From: an uncultured Polyangiaceae bacterium
Lineage (GTDB): Bacteria > Myxococcota_A > Polyangia > Palsa-1104
Length of the DNA: 55,053 nt
Assembly: GCA_964585665.1 (NCBI GenBank)
Contig: CAZPEY010000003.1
Coordinates: 1,203-56,255 of the forward strand
Direction of reading: 5' to 3'
The translations under genes were made by a program, and so were the position numbers. Below are positions 27,036 through 35,822 of the stretch, one piece after another. Position 1 is the stretch's first letter. The number at the start of each line of letters is the position of its first letter. The notes beneath the pieces were generated by a model. It saw only the letters and a program-made list of their open reading frames with translations. It made no database searches and was not told where the DNA came from.

Positions 27036-29392
27036 AGGGACGCGGTGCACGCGCGACGAGCGCAGTCGCCCGGTGGGTCCTCGCGTTCCTGGTCGGCCTC
27101 CTCGCCTGCGCCGCCGACGCGGAGGAGACGATCGCGACCGAAGACGCGGTGCTCGAAGGCACGCTCGTCGATCGGGACTCGGGTCGGCCGATCGGTGGGG
27201 TCGAGGTCGCGTTGCCGAGCCTTGGTCGCCGGACGCGCACCGACCCAGCGGGGCGGTTCGTCTTCCCAGCGCTCCCTGCCGGGCGACACTCGATCGTCAT
27301 CTCCGGGACCGGCATCGATCCCACCGAGGGTGAGGAGGACCTGCGGGCGCACGAGCGTCGCACCACGCGCTACCTGGTCTCCCGCTCGTTGGGAGGCTCG
27401 GCGCGAGCCACCCCGCCGCGCTACGAGACCGTCGTGCGCAGCACACGCACCGCCGAGCCCGCCGAGATCCGTGTCGGCCGCGACGAAGCGCAGCGAACCG
27501 CCGGATCTCTGGGCGATCCGATCAAGATCCTCGAGAGCCTCCCGGGGATCGCGCGACCGTCGCTCGGTGCGGCGCCGCTCATCATCTGGGGCGCGGCGCC
27601 GCAGGATACGCGCCTGTTCATCGACGACCTCGAGGTGCCGCGCCTCTTTCACCTCGGCTCGTTTCGCTCGACGCTCAACCCGATGCTCGTCGGCGATCTC
27701 CGCCTCGCCGGGGGTGGCTTCGGCGCAGCCTACGGACGAAGCCTCGGCGGCTTGGTGCGCATCGAGACGCGCGAGCTCCCGACCGAGGGCGTGCACGGAT
27801 CGGTCGGGGCCGATCTGCTCGACGCCTCGGCCTTCCTCACCGCCGCGCTCGGCAAGCAGGCTCAGATCGCCATCGCCGGACGCTACGGCTACCTCGATCG
27901 CCTCGCGGCGCGGGCGCTGTCCCAGGAGGCTCGGGCGTTCGTGCCGATCTCGCGTTACGACGACTACCAGCTCAAGGCTTCGCTGCGCGTCTCGTCAGCC
28001 GCATCGCTGGCGCTCCTCTTTCTGGCGGCCGACGACGAGCTGCGCCGCGCGCTCGATTCGGCCGATCCGTCGAGCGTACGCAGCGACGCGCGGACGCTGC
28101 GCAGCTACCGCGTCGGCCTTCGCTACCTGTACGACCTCGATGGTGGCGCGCGGCTCCGCGTCGCGCCGATGTTCGGCTTCGATCGCGATCGCTCCACCGG
28201 GCAGATCGGCGCGTCCTCGACGAGCAGCCAGAGCGATCAGTACCGCTACGGCCTGCGCGCCTCGTACGAGCGCGTCCTCGGGCGCCGCCTTGCCTTATCG
28301 ATCGGGCTCGACCTCGACGGCCGATCGGCGCGGGTCTCGCGCTTCGCCGCGCCGACGGTACCAGGGCGAGAGGGTGATCCTTTCGTCTTTGGCCAGGCGC
28401 CCTCCAGTCAGGCCGCCGCCGAGCGCTATCGCACCTCCCAGCTCGACGTCGCGCCGTACGTGAGCGCCGAGATCTCGGTCGGGTCGCTGCGCATCACGCC
28501 AGGCTTGCGCGCCGGAGTCCTGCTCCTCGAAGGCGATCGAAGCCTCCCTCAGAAAGGGGACACACCCGTCCTCGGATTTCTCCGCTTCGAGTGGTTCGCC
28601 GAGCCGCGCCTCGCGCTCGCGTGGCGCGCCCACCCGCGGCTCTCTCTCTCCGCCGCTGGTGGGCTCTACCACCAAGCGCCCTCCGTCGACGATCTCGGCC
28701 CGGTGCTTGGCAACCCCTCCCTCGGCCTGCAGCGCGGCGTGCACGCGACTGCGAGCGCTACCGTTCGCGTGACCGACACCCTCACGATGTCGATCGACGG
28801 CTACTACCGACACCTCGATCGCTTGGTGGCGCGCAGCCCGCTACCCTCGCCCGCGATCGGTCAGTCGCTCGTTCAGAGCGGGCGGGGCAGCGCCTTCGGT
28901 GGACAGCTCCTCGTACGACAGGTCGTCTGGCGTGGACTGCAGGGCTGGGTCAGCTACTCGCTCTCCCGCAGCGAGCGACGCGATCGCCCCGATGCACCGC
29001 GCCGCCTCTCCGACTACGATCAGACGCATCAGCTCATGCTCGTTGGCAGCTACGAGGTGCGCGGCTGGAGCCTTGGTGTGCGGCTGCGCTACTCGAGCGG
29101 CTTTCCGCGCACTCCAGTGATCGGCGCCTTCTACAACGCCCATGACGATCGCTACGAGCCGCGCTTCGGTGCCATCAACACGATGCGTATGCCGGCCTTC
29201 TTCTCCCTCGATCTTCACGTCGAGAAGACGATCACCTGGCAGCGCGTCGCGTGGACGCTCTACCTGGATCTGCAGAACGTGACGAACCGACGCAACGCAG
29301 AGGAGATCGTCTACAACGAGGACTTCAGCGAACGCGGCTATCTCGTCGGCCTCCCGACGCTCGCCGTGGCTGGCACCCGGGTGAGTTTTTGA
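27032..29392 (+). CDS. TonB-dependent receptor with an N-terminal carboxypeptidase-regulatory-like domain
   Basis: The GTG start overlaps the upstream stop (GTGA). The CarboxypepD_reg-like block is GTLVDRDSGRPIGGVEVALPSLGRRTRTDPAGRFVFPALPAGRHSIV. The plug block is GDPIKILESLPGIARPS...RLFIDDLEVPRLFHLG. The barrel ends in the C-terminal residues TRVSF. Confidence 0.85.
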   Translation: MKGRGARATSAVARWVLAFLVGLLACAADAEETIATEDAVLEGTLVDRDSGRPIGGVEVALPSLGRRTRTDPAGRFVFPALPAGRHSIVISGTGIDPTEGEEDLRAHERRTTRYLVSRSLGGSARATPPRYETVVRSTRTAEPAEIRVGRDEAQRTAGSLGDPIKILESLPGIARPSLGAAPLIIWGAAPQDTRLFIDDLEVPRLFHLGSFRSTLNPMLVGDLRLAGGGFGAAYGRSLGGLVRIETRELPTEGVHGSVGADLLDASAFLTAALGKQAQIAIAGRYGYLDRLAARALSQEARAFVPISRYDDYQLKASLRVSSAASLALLFLAADDELRRALDSADPSSVRSDARTLRSYRVGLRYLYDLDGGARLRVAPMFGFDRDRSTGQIGASSTSSQSDQYRYGLRASYERVLGRRLALSIGLDLDGRSARVSRFAAPTVPGREGDPFVFGQAPSSQAAAERYRTSQLDVAPYVSAEISVGSLRITPGLRAGVLLLEGDRSLPQKGDTPVLGFLRFEWFAEPRLALAWRAHPRLSLSAAGGLYHQAPSVDDLGPVLGNPSLGLQRGVHATASATVRVTDTLTMSIDGYYRHLDRLVARSPLPSPAIGQSLVQSGRGSAFGGQLLVRQVVWRGLQGWVSYSLSRSERRDRPDAPRRLSDYDQTHQLMLVGSYEVRGWSLGVRLRYSSGFPRTPVIGAFYNAHDDRYEPRFGAINTMRMPAFFSLDLHVEKTITWQRVAWTLYLDLQNVTNRRNAEEIVYNEDFSERGYLVGLPTLAVAGTRVSF

Positions 29393-30294
29393 GGTCGACA
29401 GCCCTCGTCCTCGCGCTCGCCGCTGCCGCGTGCAGCCCGGAGCTCGGGCCGCCGCCGTGGTCGATCGACGCTCCGCGCTTGCTCGCGGTGCGCGGCGAGC
29501 CGGCCGAGGCGACGCCCGGCGAGCGGGTCGCATGGAGCGCGCTCGTCGTCGGACCTGATGGGACGAGCGCTGCGCCGGCGCTGTCCTGGTCGTTGTGTCG
29601 AGCCCCTCGTCCGCTTGGACAAAACGCCGCGGTGGCCGACTCCTGCCTCACGGCCGCCACGGTCGCTCCCCTCGACGAGGGCGCCACCGCGAGCGCGCTG
29701 CTGCCGAGCGATGCCTGTCAGCTCTTCGGCTCCGAGCTCGAGCCGCAGAGCCCCGATCGGCCGCCCAGCCGCCCGCGCGACCCCGACTTCACGGGCGGCT
29801 ACTACCAGCCCGTCATCGTCGGTCTCGACGGCGCACTGAGCGTCGGCCTGCAGCGCCTGCGCTGCAACCTCGTCGGCGCCTCGCTGGAGGACGCGCAGGC
29901 CTTCCGCGCGCGGTACGTCGCCAACCGTCACCCGCGCGTCGCTCGCTTGCGCGTCCTGCAAGGAGGCGTCGAGCGAGCCGACCCCGTGATCGCGGCCGGT
30001 TCGAGGTCGGAGCTCGTCGTCGAGTGGGCGAGCGAGGACGCCGAGGTCTATCCGGTGTTCGACGTGGTCGCGCAGCGGTTGATCGATCGCCGGGAGCAGC
30101 TTCGCGTTTCGTGGTTCGCCAGCAGCGGACACCTCGCCGAGGCGCGCACCGGCCCCGACGACCTCGACGCGCTGAGCGCCCGCAACGAGTGGATCGCGCC
30201 GGCAACGAGCGGCCCCGTGCACCTCTGGATCGTGCTCCGCGACGAGCGCGGCGGCGTCGACTGGCGCGAGCTCGACCTCGTCGTCGCCCCGTGA
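29389..30294 (+). CDS. Hypothetical lipoprotein
   Basis: The TTG start overlaps the receptor stop (TTGA at 29389-29392). Lipobox LALAAAAC. The composition is normal. The upstream part of ORF 29251.. lies inside the receptor gene. Confidence 0.6.
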   Translation: MRSTALVLALAAAACSPELGPPPWSIDAPRLLAVRGEPAEATPGERVAWSALVVGPDGTSAAPALSWSLCRAPRPLGQNAAVADSCLTAATVAPLDEGATASALLPSDACQLFGSELEPQSPDRPPSRPRDPDFTGGYYQPVIVGLDGALSVGLQRLRCNLVGASLEDAQAFRARYVANRHPRVARLRVLQGGVERADPVIAAGSRSELVVEWASEDAEVYPVFDVVAQRLIDRREQLRVSWFASSGHLAEARTGPDDLDALSARNEWIAPATSGPVHLWIVLRDERGGVDWRELDLVVAP

Positions 30295-30298
30295 AAGA

Positions 30299-31078
30299 TC
30301 AGGCTCTGGCGGCCGCGGCTCTTTGCCGCGTGTAGCGCCAGAGCGCGACACCAGCGATCGTCACCAGCACCGATAGATATTGCGCCGGAGTGTGACCGAG
30401 GTAGCGCGGATCGGGGTTGGTCGTGTCCTCGGCGCGCAGGTAGTCGAGGACGAAGCGCACCGGGCCGTAGCAGATCGCCAGCAGCGCGAGGTAGGTACCA
30501 GCGGGTCGCTTTGGGTTCTTCGCCCACAGGATCTCGAAGAGCACCACCATGCCGAGCGACCAGATCGCCTCGTAGAGTCCGAGGTCATGGCGGGCGCCCG
30601 TCGGATACTGGACCGCGAGGAAGAAGTCGGTCGGCTTGCCTGGATGATCGTGGATCGCGAAGCAGCCGAGCCGGCCGAAGAACCACCCCGCGGCGATGCC
30701 GTAGCCAACGCAGTCTGCGTAGGGGAGGCGCGGCTCCCCCTTCCACCAGCACCACAGAAAGAGCCCGGCTGTCGCCCCGAGAAAGCCGCCGTACGACGAC
30801 ATTCCGTCGAACAGCGCGACGAGACGCGCGAACGTGATCGGCTCCTTCTGGTACGCGAGCACATCGAGCACATGCGAGCCGACGATGCCGACCAGCAGCG
30901 TCACGCCCATCATCCAGAACACGTTGTCGTCGTCGAGCCCGAGCGCCTTGCCGCGTCGGCGCATCAGCGTCGAGCCGACGATGACGCCAGTCGCGACCAG
31001 CAAGCCGAAGGCGTTGTACTGCACGGGTCCAAGGTGCAGGACACCGAGCTCGAACCACGGGATCATGTGCGCTGACAT
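30299..31078 (-). CDS. lgt: Prolipoprotein diacylglyceryl transferase
   Basis: A polytopic membrane protein containing GGFLGA, FFGRLGCF and HDLGLYEA blocks typical of Lgt. Met5 (31066) is an alternative start. Confidence 0.88.
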   Translation of the reverse strand: MSAHMIPWFELGVLHLGPVQYNAFGLLVATGVIVGSTLMRRRGKALGLDDDNVFWMMGVTLLVGIVGSHVLDVLAYQKEPITFARLVALFDGMSSYGGFLGATAGLFLWCWWKGEPRLPYADCVGYGIAAGWFFGRLGCFAIHDHPGKPTDFFLAVQYPTGARHDLGLYEAIWSLGMVVLFEILWAKNPKRPAGTYLALLAICYGPVRFVLDYLRAEDTTNPDPRYLGHTPAQYLSVLVTIAGVALWRYTRQRAAAARA

Positions 31079-31086
31079 CGCATGTT

Positions 31087-31641
31087 TTGCGTCGTCACCA
31101 AACAGAAATGGCGCGGTACGATGGCGGCATGGCCGAGAGTCTTCTGGGTGTCGAGCTCGACAACGGCGGCGTGCTGATCAAGTTCGTGCAAACCACCGTC
31201 GAGACCAACGGGGCGCTCCATCGCCAAGAGGCGCGCTATCCACCGCGTTCGCCGCTGCCGCCGTATCATCGCCACCCGCGCCAGGACGAGCGCTTCGAGA
31301 TCGTCGAAGGAGAGCTGCTGTTTCGCGTCGACGGCGTCGATCGTCTGGTGCGCGCCGGCGAGCACCTCGACGTACCGCGCGGCGCCCTTCACCAGGCGCG
31401 CAACCCGGGCGACCACCCGACCCTGGCGATCTGGGAGACCCGCCCAGCGCTACGCACCGCCGACTTCTTCGTCGCGATGAACCGTGCGATGCGCAGCCGC
31501 GCCAAGCCTGGCTTGCTCGACGCGGCAGCGATCCTCAACGAGTATCGCGACGAGTTTCAGCTCGCCAAGCCGCCGCTGCTCGTGCAGCGCCTGGTGTTCG
31601 GCTGCCTGGCGCCGTTCGGGCGCCGTGCACTGCGCCCCTGA
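31087..31641 (+). CDS. Cupin domain protein
   Basis: PPYHRHPRQDERFEIVEGELLFRVDGVDRLVRAGEHLDVPRGALHQARNPG is a cupin motif 1 / motif 2 arrangement. The start is more likely 31108 or 31129, because 31087 leaves only 8 nt to the divergent lgt. Confidence 0.75.
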   Translation: MRRHQTEMARYDGGMAESLLGVELDNGGVLIKFVQTTVETNGALHRQEARYPPRSPLPPYHRHPRQDERFEIVEGELLFRVDGVDRLVRAGEHLDVPRGALHQARNPGDHPTLAIWETRPALRTADFFVAMNRAMRSRAKPGLLDAAAILNEYRDEFQLAKPPLLVQRLVFGCLAPFGRRALRP

Positions 31642-31647
31642 AGGGGG

Positions 31648-34600
31648 TCATTGCTTGGCGTGCGCCGCGAGCCACTGCTTGGCCTCGCGCTCGCCATCCG
31701 CGTCACCTGCCTTCTGAAACGTCGCTGCTGCCGTCGTCGCGAGCGTTCGCGCCCGACCGAGATCGCGAGCGCCGAGCGCGCGCGCCAGCTCGAGCTGCGC
31801 CCGCGCCACCTGTGTCGGTCGACAGGCCGTCTTCTCGATGAGCGGCAGCACCGCTTCGATCATCGGCACGGCCTTGTCGCTGCCGTTCGACTCGGTCAGC
31901 GCGCGCGCCACGCTCACCGTTGCCATCGCGGCTGTCGTGCTCCCCGGCCCCGCCGTCTTCGAGTGAATCGCCAGCACCTGCTCGTAGAGCTTGAGCGCCT
32001 TGTTCGCTGCGCCACGCTTGAGCTCGATATCGCCGAGCTCGGCGAGGGCGCCCGCCGTCGCCGGGTGGTCGGGGCCCAGGGTCTTTTCGAGCACCTTGCG
32101 GGCTTCGTTGGCCGCCCCCTCGGCCTCGGCCAGTTGGCCCTTCTCGCGATGCGCGATCGCCAGCCCGAGCAAACACCCACCCACGGAGGGATGATCGTGG
32201 CCAACAATCTTTTCAAAGGTGGCCTGGGCGCGCTTCACGTACTTGAGCTGCTCGTCGTACTGGTTGTTCGCACCGTACGCCATGCCGACGTTGAGCAGGC
32301 TGTCGGCGGTCTCGGGGTGATTGGCGCCGATCACCTTCTCGCGCAGCGCCAAGGTCTCGCGACTGATCTGCAGCGCCTTGGGATAGTCGCCCACCATCGA
32401 CTGCATCGCGCCGACGTTGCTGAGGTACATGAGAGTGGATGGATGCTCGGGGCCGAGAGCGGCACGCCCCAGAGCCGTCGCCTGCTCGTAGCGTGACAGC
32501 GCCGCGCGACACTGGCCCTTTCCCATCAGCGCCGCGCCGAGGCTGTTGTAACTGTCGGCGACGTCGGGGTGGTGCTCGCCGAGGCGCTTGAGCCGGATCT
32601 GCAGGCCGCGCTCGAGCGCCTTGATCGCCAGCTCGTAGTCACCGCGCGAGTAGGCACCATTGCCGAGGTTGTTGAGCGCGTCGGCGACCGCCGGATGATC
32701 GGGTCCGTAGAGTTTTTCCCGGATCGTCAGCGCTGCTTGATCGTGCTCGTCGAGGGACTTGTTGTCTCCCTTGGTCGCGGCGATCGCGCCCATCGTGTCG
32801 TGCCAGTTCGCCTCGAGCTCGTTGCCCCCGCCGGTGCGATCGAGGATCGCGCGCGCGAGCCGCCCCCAGCGGAGCCCCTCCTCGGGCCTCGCCAGCAAGT
32901 AGCCAACCACGCCGGCGAGCTGGTTGGCTGCCATGGTCTTGACCTCGTCGTCGCCGCCCGCCTCCGCCTTGAGATACGCCTCCGTGAGCAGCGTCTCTGC
33001 TGCTGGCACGTCGCCGCCACGACGCTTGAGCCGCGCCAGGCGATGCGCGGCCGCCGCGACGAGCGGCGAGTAGTCCAGCTGCCTCGCCCGCGCCATGACG
33101 GGCTCGAGCAGCTTGGCACCGTCGGCGAACTTGCCCAGATCTTCGAGCTCGCGCGCTTCGGCGATCTTCTCGCGCAACGCCGCAACCTCCTTTTGCACCG
33201 CCGGTTCGCGCGGCGGCTTGACCCGAGCGGACAGGGCTCGCACGTCCGCACACGCCGCGATGGGCGACAGACCGAGCGCCACCTTGAGACCACCACGCAC
33301 CACTTGCTCGTCTGCGGTCGCGAGCTGACTGACGAGCCCCTTCATCTCGCTGCGTCGATCGGCGAGGCACTGCATGCGCAGGTCGAGCAGCTCCTCGGAC
33401 TGCTCGTGGCGGACCCAGGTCGCCTCGCACGCCTCGCGTGCCATCGTCGTCCACGCCGACGCCTGACGATCGATCGTCTGCTCGATGCCACTCCAAGCGT
33501 CTGCGGCGTACGAAAGGCCTGTGGCGACCATCGCCTGCTTAGCCTTGGCCTTGACCGCTCCGTCCCAGATCCCGACGAGCTTGTCGCCGAGATCGCGGCA
33601 CGGACGGCTGCGCAGCTCGAGCACGAGGCTCGTTCCGCCGACTGCGGCAGCCACCGCAGCGACGGCGCCTGCCGCCAACCAGAGCCTGCGACGCGCTGCC
33701 TTGGGATCGTAGGACAGGTCGGCGAGCAGCGCGGCCATCGACGGATAGCGCTGCGCCGGATCGAGGTTGAGGCCGCGCAGCAGGATACGCCGCAACCACT
33801 GCGGGACTGCGCGGCCGTTGTGCGGCTCGCGAAAGGCGAAGCTGAGACTCGACGGGAGGGCGCTGGTCGGCCCCTCGGAGCCGTCCGTGCTCTCGGGCGA
33901 CGGCACCTCGGCAGCGGGCGAACCGGCGGGGCGCGTCACCTCCGTGCGCTCGAAGGGGAACTCCCTGTAGAGCGCGCGGAACAGCGCGACGCAGTAGCTG
34001 AACTGATCCGACTTGCCGTCGATCTCCTCACCGCGCGCCTGCTCTGGCGACATGAAGGCGGGCGTGCCCGCGCCCCCGGCGAGGAGGTCGCGATCGCCGG
34101 ACAGGAGGCTGGGCCGCGAGCGAAGCTGTGCCAGCGAGCCAGGCGATGAAGGGACCGGCCCTTCCGAACCAGAAGGAGGGCTCGCCGTCAGCACGGCAGC
34201 ACCGCCACCCGTCGATCCGCCGCTCTCGCGCGCCAGACCGAAGTCAGCGACGCGAACCCGACCGTCCTTGCCGATCAGAATGTTCGATGGCTTGAAGTCG
34301 CGGTGCACGAGGCCTGAGGCGTGCGCGGCCGCGAGCCCTTCGCCCGCAGCGCGATAGACCGCGAGGATCTCGTCGAGGGTTCGCTCGGCCTGCTTCTGCC
34401 AGGCCTCGACCGTCGATCCCTCGACGAACTCCATCGCCATGAACAGCTGCCCCTCGGTCCCCTCCTGCCCCGCCGCGCCATGAAACACCCCAACATCGTA
34501 GACGCCGACCACGTTCGGATGCGTGAGCTTGGCGAGCGCCTGCGCTTCGGCGAGCAGCAGATCGCGCCCGCGCGGCCCCCACTCGGTCGTGTTCATGACC

Positions 34601-34731
34601 TTGAGCGCGACGCGGCGGTCGAGCTCTGGATCGTACGCGGAGTAGATGACGCTCATCCCTCCCGCACCCAATCGCTCGAGGACAATGTAGCGCCCGAGCG
34701 CAGCGCCCTGGCGAAGCGGATCGCCGCTCAT
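31648..34731 (-). CDS. Ser/Thr protein kinase with a transmembrane segment and a long TPR-repeat C-terminal region
   Basis: LGAGGMSVIYSA, ALKVM, HRDFKPSNILI, DFGLAR and GTPAFMSPE. The C-terminus has many TPR_12-like repeats (ADALNNLGNGAYSRGDYELAIKALERGL, among others). Confidence 0.93.
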   Translation of the reverse strand: MSGDPLRQGAALGRYIVLERLGAGGMSVIYSAYDPELDRRVALKVMNTTEWGPRGRDLLLAEAQALAKLTHPNVVGVYDVGVFHGAAGQEGTEGQLFMAMEFVEGSTVEAWQKQAERTLDEILAVYRAAGEGLAAAHASGLVHRDFKPSNILIGKDGRVRVADFGLARESGGSTGGGAAVLTASPPSGSEGPVPSSPGSLAQLRSRPSLLSGDRDLLAGGAGTPAFMSPEQARGEEIDGKSDQFSYCVALFRALYREFPFERTEVTRPAGSPAAEVPSPESTDGSEGPTSALPSSLSFAFREPHNGRAVPQWLRRILLRGLNLDPAQRYPSMAALLADLSYDPKAARRRLWLAAGAVAAVAAAVGGTSLVLELRSRPCRDLGDKLVGIWDGAVKAKAKQAMVATGLSYAADAWSGIEQTIDRQASAWTTMAREACEATWVRHEQSEELLDLRMQCLADRRSEMKGLVSQLATADEQVVRGGLKVALGLSPIAACADVRALSARVKPPREPAVQKEVAALREKIAEARELEDLGKFADGAKLLEPVMARARQLDYSPLVAAAAHRLARLKRRGGDVPAAETLLTEAYLKAEAGGDDEVKTMAANQLAGVVGYLLARPEEGLRWGRLARAILDRTGGGNELEANWHDTMGAIAATKGDNKSLDEHDQAALTIREKLYGPDHPAVADALNNLGNGAYSRGDYELAIKALERGLQIRLKRLGEHHPDVADSYNSLGAALMGKGQCRAALSRYEQATALGRAALGPEHPSTLMYLSNVGAMQSMVGDYPKALQISRETLALREKVIGANHPETADSLLNVGMAYGANNQYDEQLKYVKRAQATFEKIVGHDHPSVGGCLLGLAIAHREKGQLAEAEGAANEARKVLEKTLGPDHPATAGALAELGDIELKRGAANKALKLYEQVLAIHSKTAGPGSTTAAMATVSVARALTESNGSDKAVPMIEAVLPLIEKTACRPTQVARAQLELARALGARDLGRARTLATTAAATFQKAGDADGEREAKQWLAAHAKQ

Positions 34732-34833
34732 CGCAGCTCCTGTGGCGAGCGCACGAAAGACGGAAGTCGCATCGTGCTGACTACGTTACCACTTTGCATT
34801 TTCATTTTCGCGCTGCCACGCGATGCTCGTACC

Positions 34834-35808
34834 GTGAAGCCCTGGACGCTGCTGCTGCTCGTCGTCGCGTGCGCCGCGGTCGGCGTCGGGTTGACGCAGC
34901 TCAGCCGCCACAACGCCGCCAGCGGGCCGATGTGCACCGAGCAGGCGACGCTCGTCGACACCGGCGGCCGCGCGACCCTCGTCGCCAAGCTGCAGACACG
35001 TCGGGGGCTGAGCGCGTTCGAGCGGGTCGTCGCCGTCGACGCGCGAACCGGCGCCGTGATCGCCAACGCGCGCGTCCCGATCGGCACCAGCTTCCTCGGC
35101 GCGTTTGGGGATGACTGGTGGTTCTCGTCGATCGACTCGTCCCTCGGCATCCATCGTCGTTCGCCGACGACCCTTGCCCCCACCCTCGCGCAGCCGGCCT
35201 GGGCCACGGGCACCGTCGTCCCATCGCCACGCTCGGTCGCCTTCGCGTTCGAGGGCGGGCTGGCGTTCCAGATCGAGCGAGGCGGCTGGGCGAAGCTCGA
35301 TCCGCGAACGCTGGAGACGTCGCCGCTCCCCGGCCAGCATCCGCCGACGGCGAGCGTCGGCGCGTGGGCCGAGGGGCATCGCAACCCGACCCTCGCGACG
35401 CTGTCGCATCCGCTGGCTCCGACCCTGAGCGGCGGCGAGGCGGCGACCCTGAGCTGTCGAGGTCACGCGCCTTCGACGCAGACCTACACGCGAGCGCGCT
35501 TCGTGAGCTGGTCGCAGCGCGACAGACGCCGGGACCCGCCCCCGCTCGTGCTCGGCGAGGGCGAGTTCCTGGTGGTCCACCAGCGCGGCCTCTCCGATGC
35601 GAGCCTGCAGCTCAGCCGCGTGGGCTGCGATGGCGCGGCTCGCTTCACGCTGGCCCTCGACGGGACCGAGCTCGTCGGTGCTTTCGCCGCGCCTGGCGGC
35701 GCCCTGCTCGTCGTCCACGCCGCTGCCGACGTGCGCGGCGATAGCGGCGATGTTGCGCTGCTGGTCGACACCGACGGCGGCAGGCTCGTCTGGAGCCGAC
35801 CGCTGTAG
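34834..35808 (+). CDS. Hypothetical membrane-anchored protein
   Basis: The GTG start gives the N-terminal anchor VKPWTLLLLVVACAAVGVGL. The frame has normal composition. The upstream part of ORF 34321.. is antisense to the kinase. Confidence 0.55.
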   Translation: MKPWTLLLLVVACAAVGVGLTQLSRHNAASGPMCTEQATLVDTGGRATLVAKLQTRRGLSAFERVVAVDARTGAVIANARVPIGTSFLGAFGDDWWFSSIDSSLGIHRRSPTTLAPTLAQPAWATGTVVPSPRSVAFAFEGGLAFQIERGGWAKLDPRTLETSPLPGQHPPTASVGAWAEGHRNPTLATLSHPLAPTLSGGEAATLSCRGHAPSTQTYTRARFVSWSQRDRRRDPPPLVLGEGEFLVVHQRGLSDASLQLSRVGCDGAARFTLALDGTELVGAFAAPGGALLVVHAAADVRGDSGDVALLVDTDGGRLVWSRPL

Positions 35809-35822
35809 CGCTTGGACGCGCC

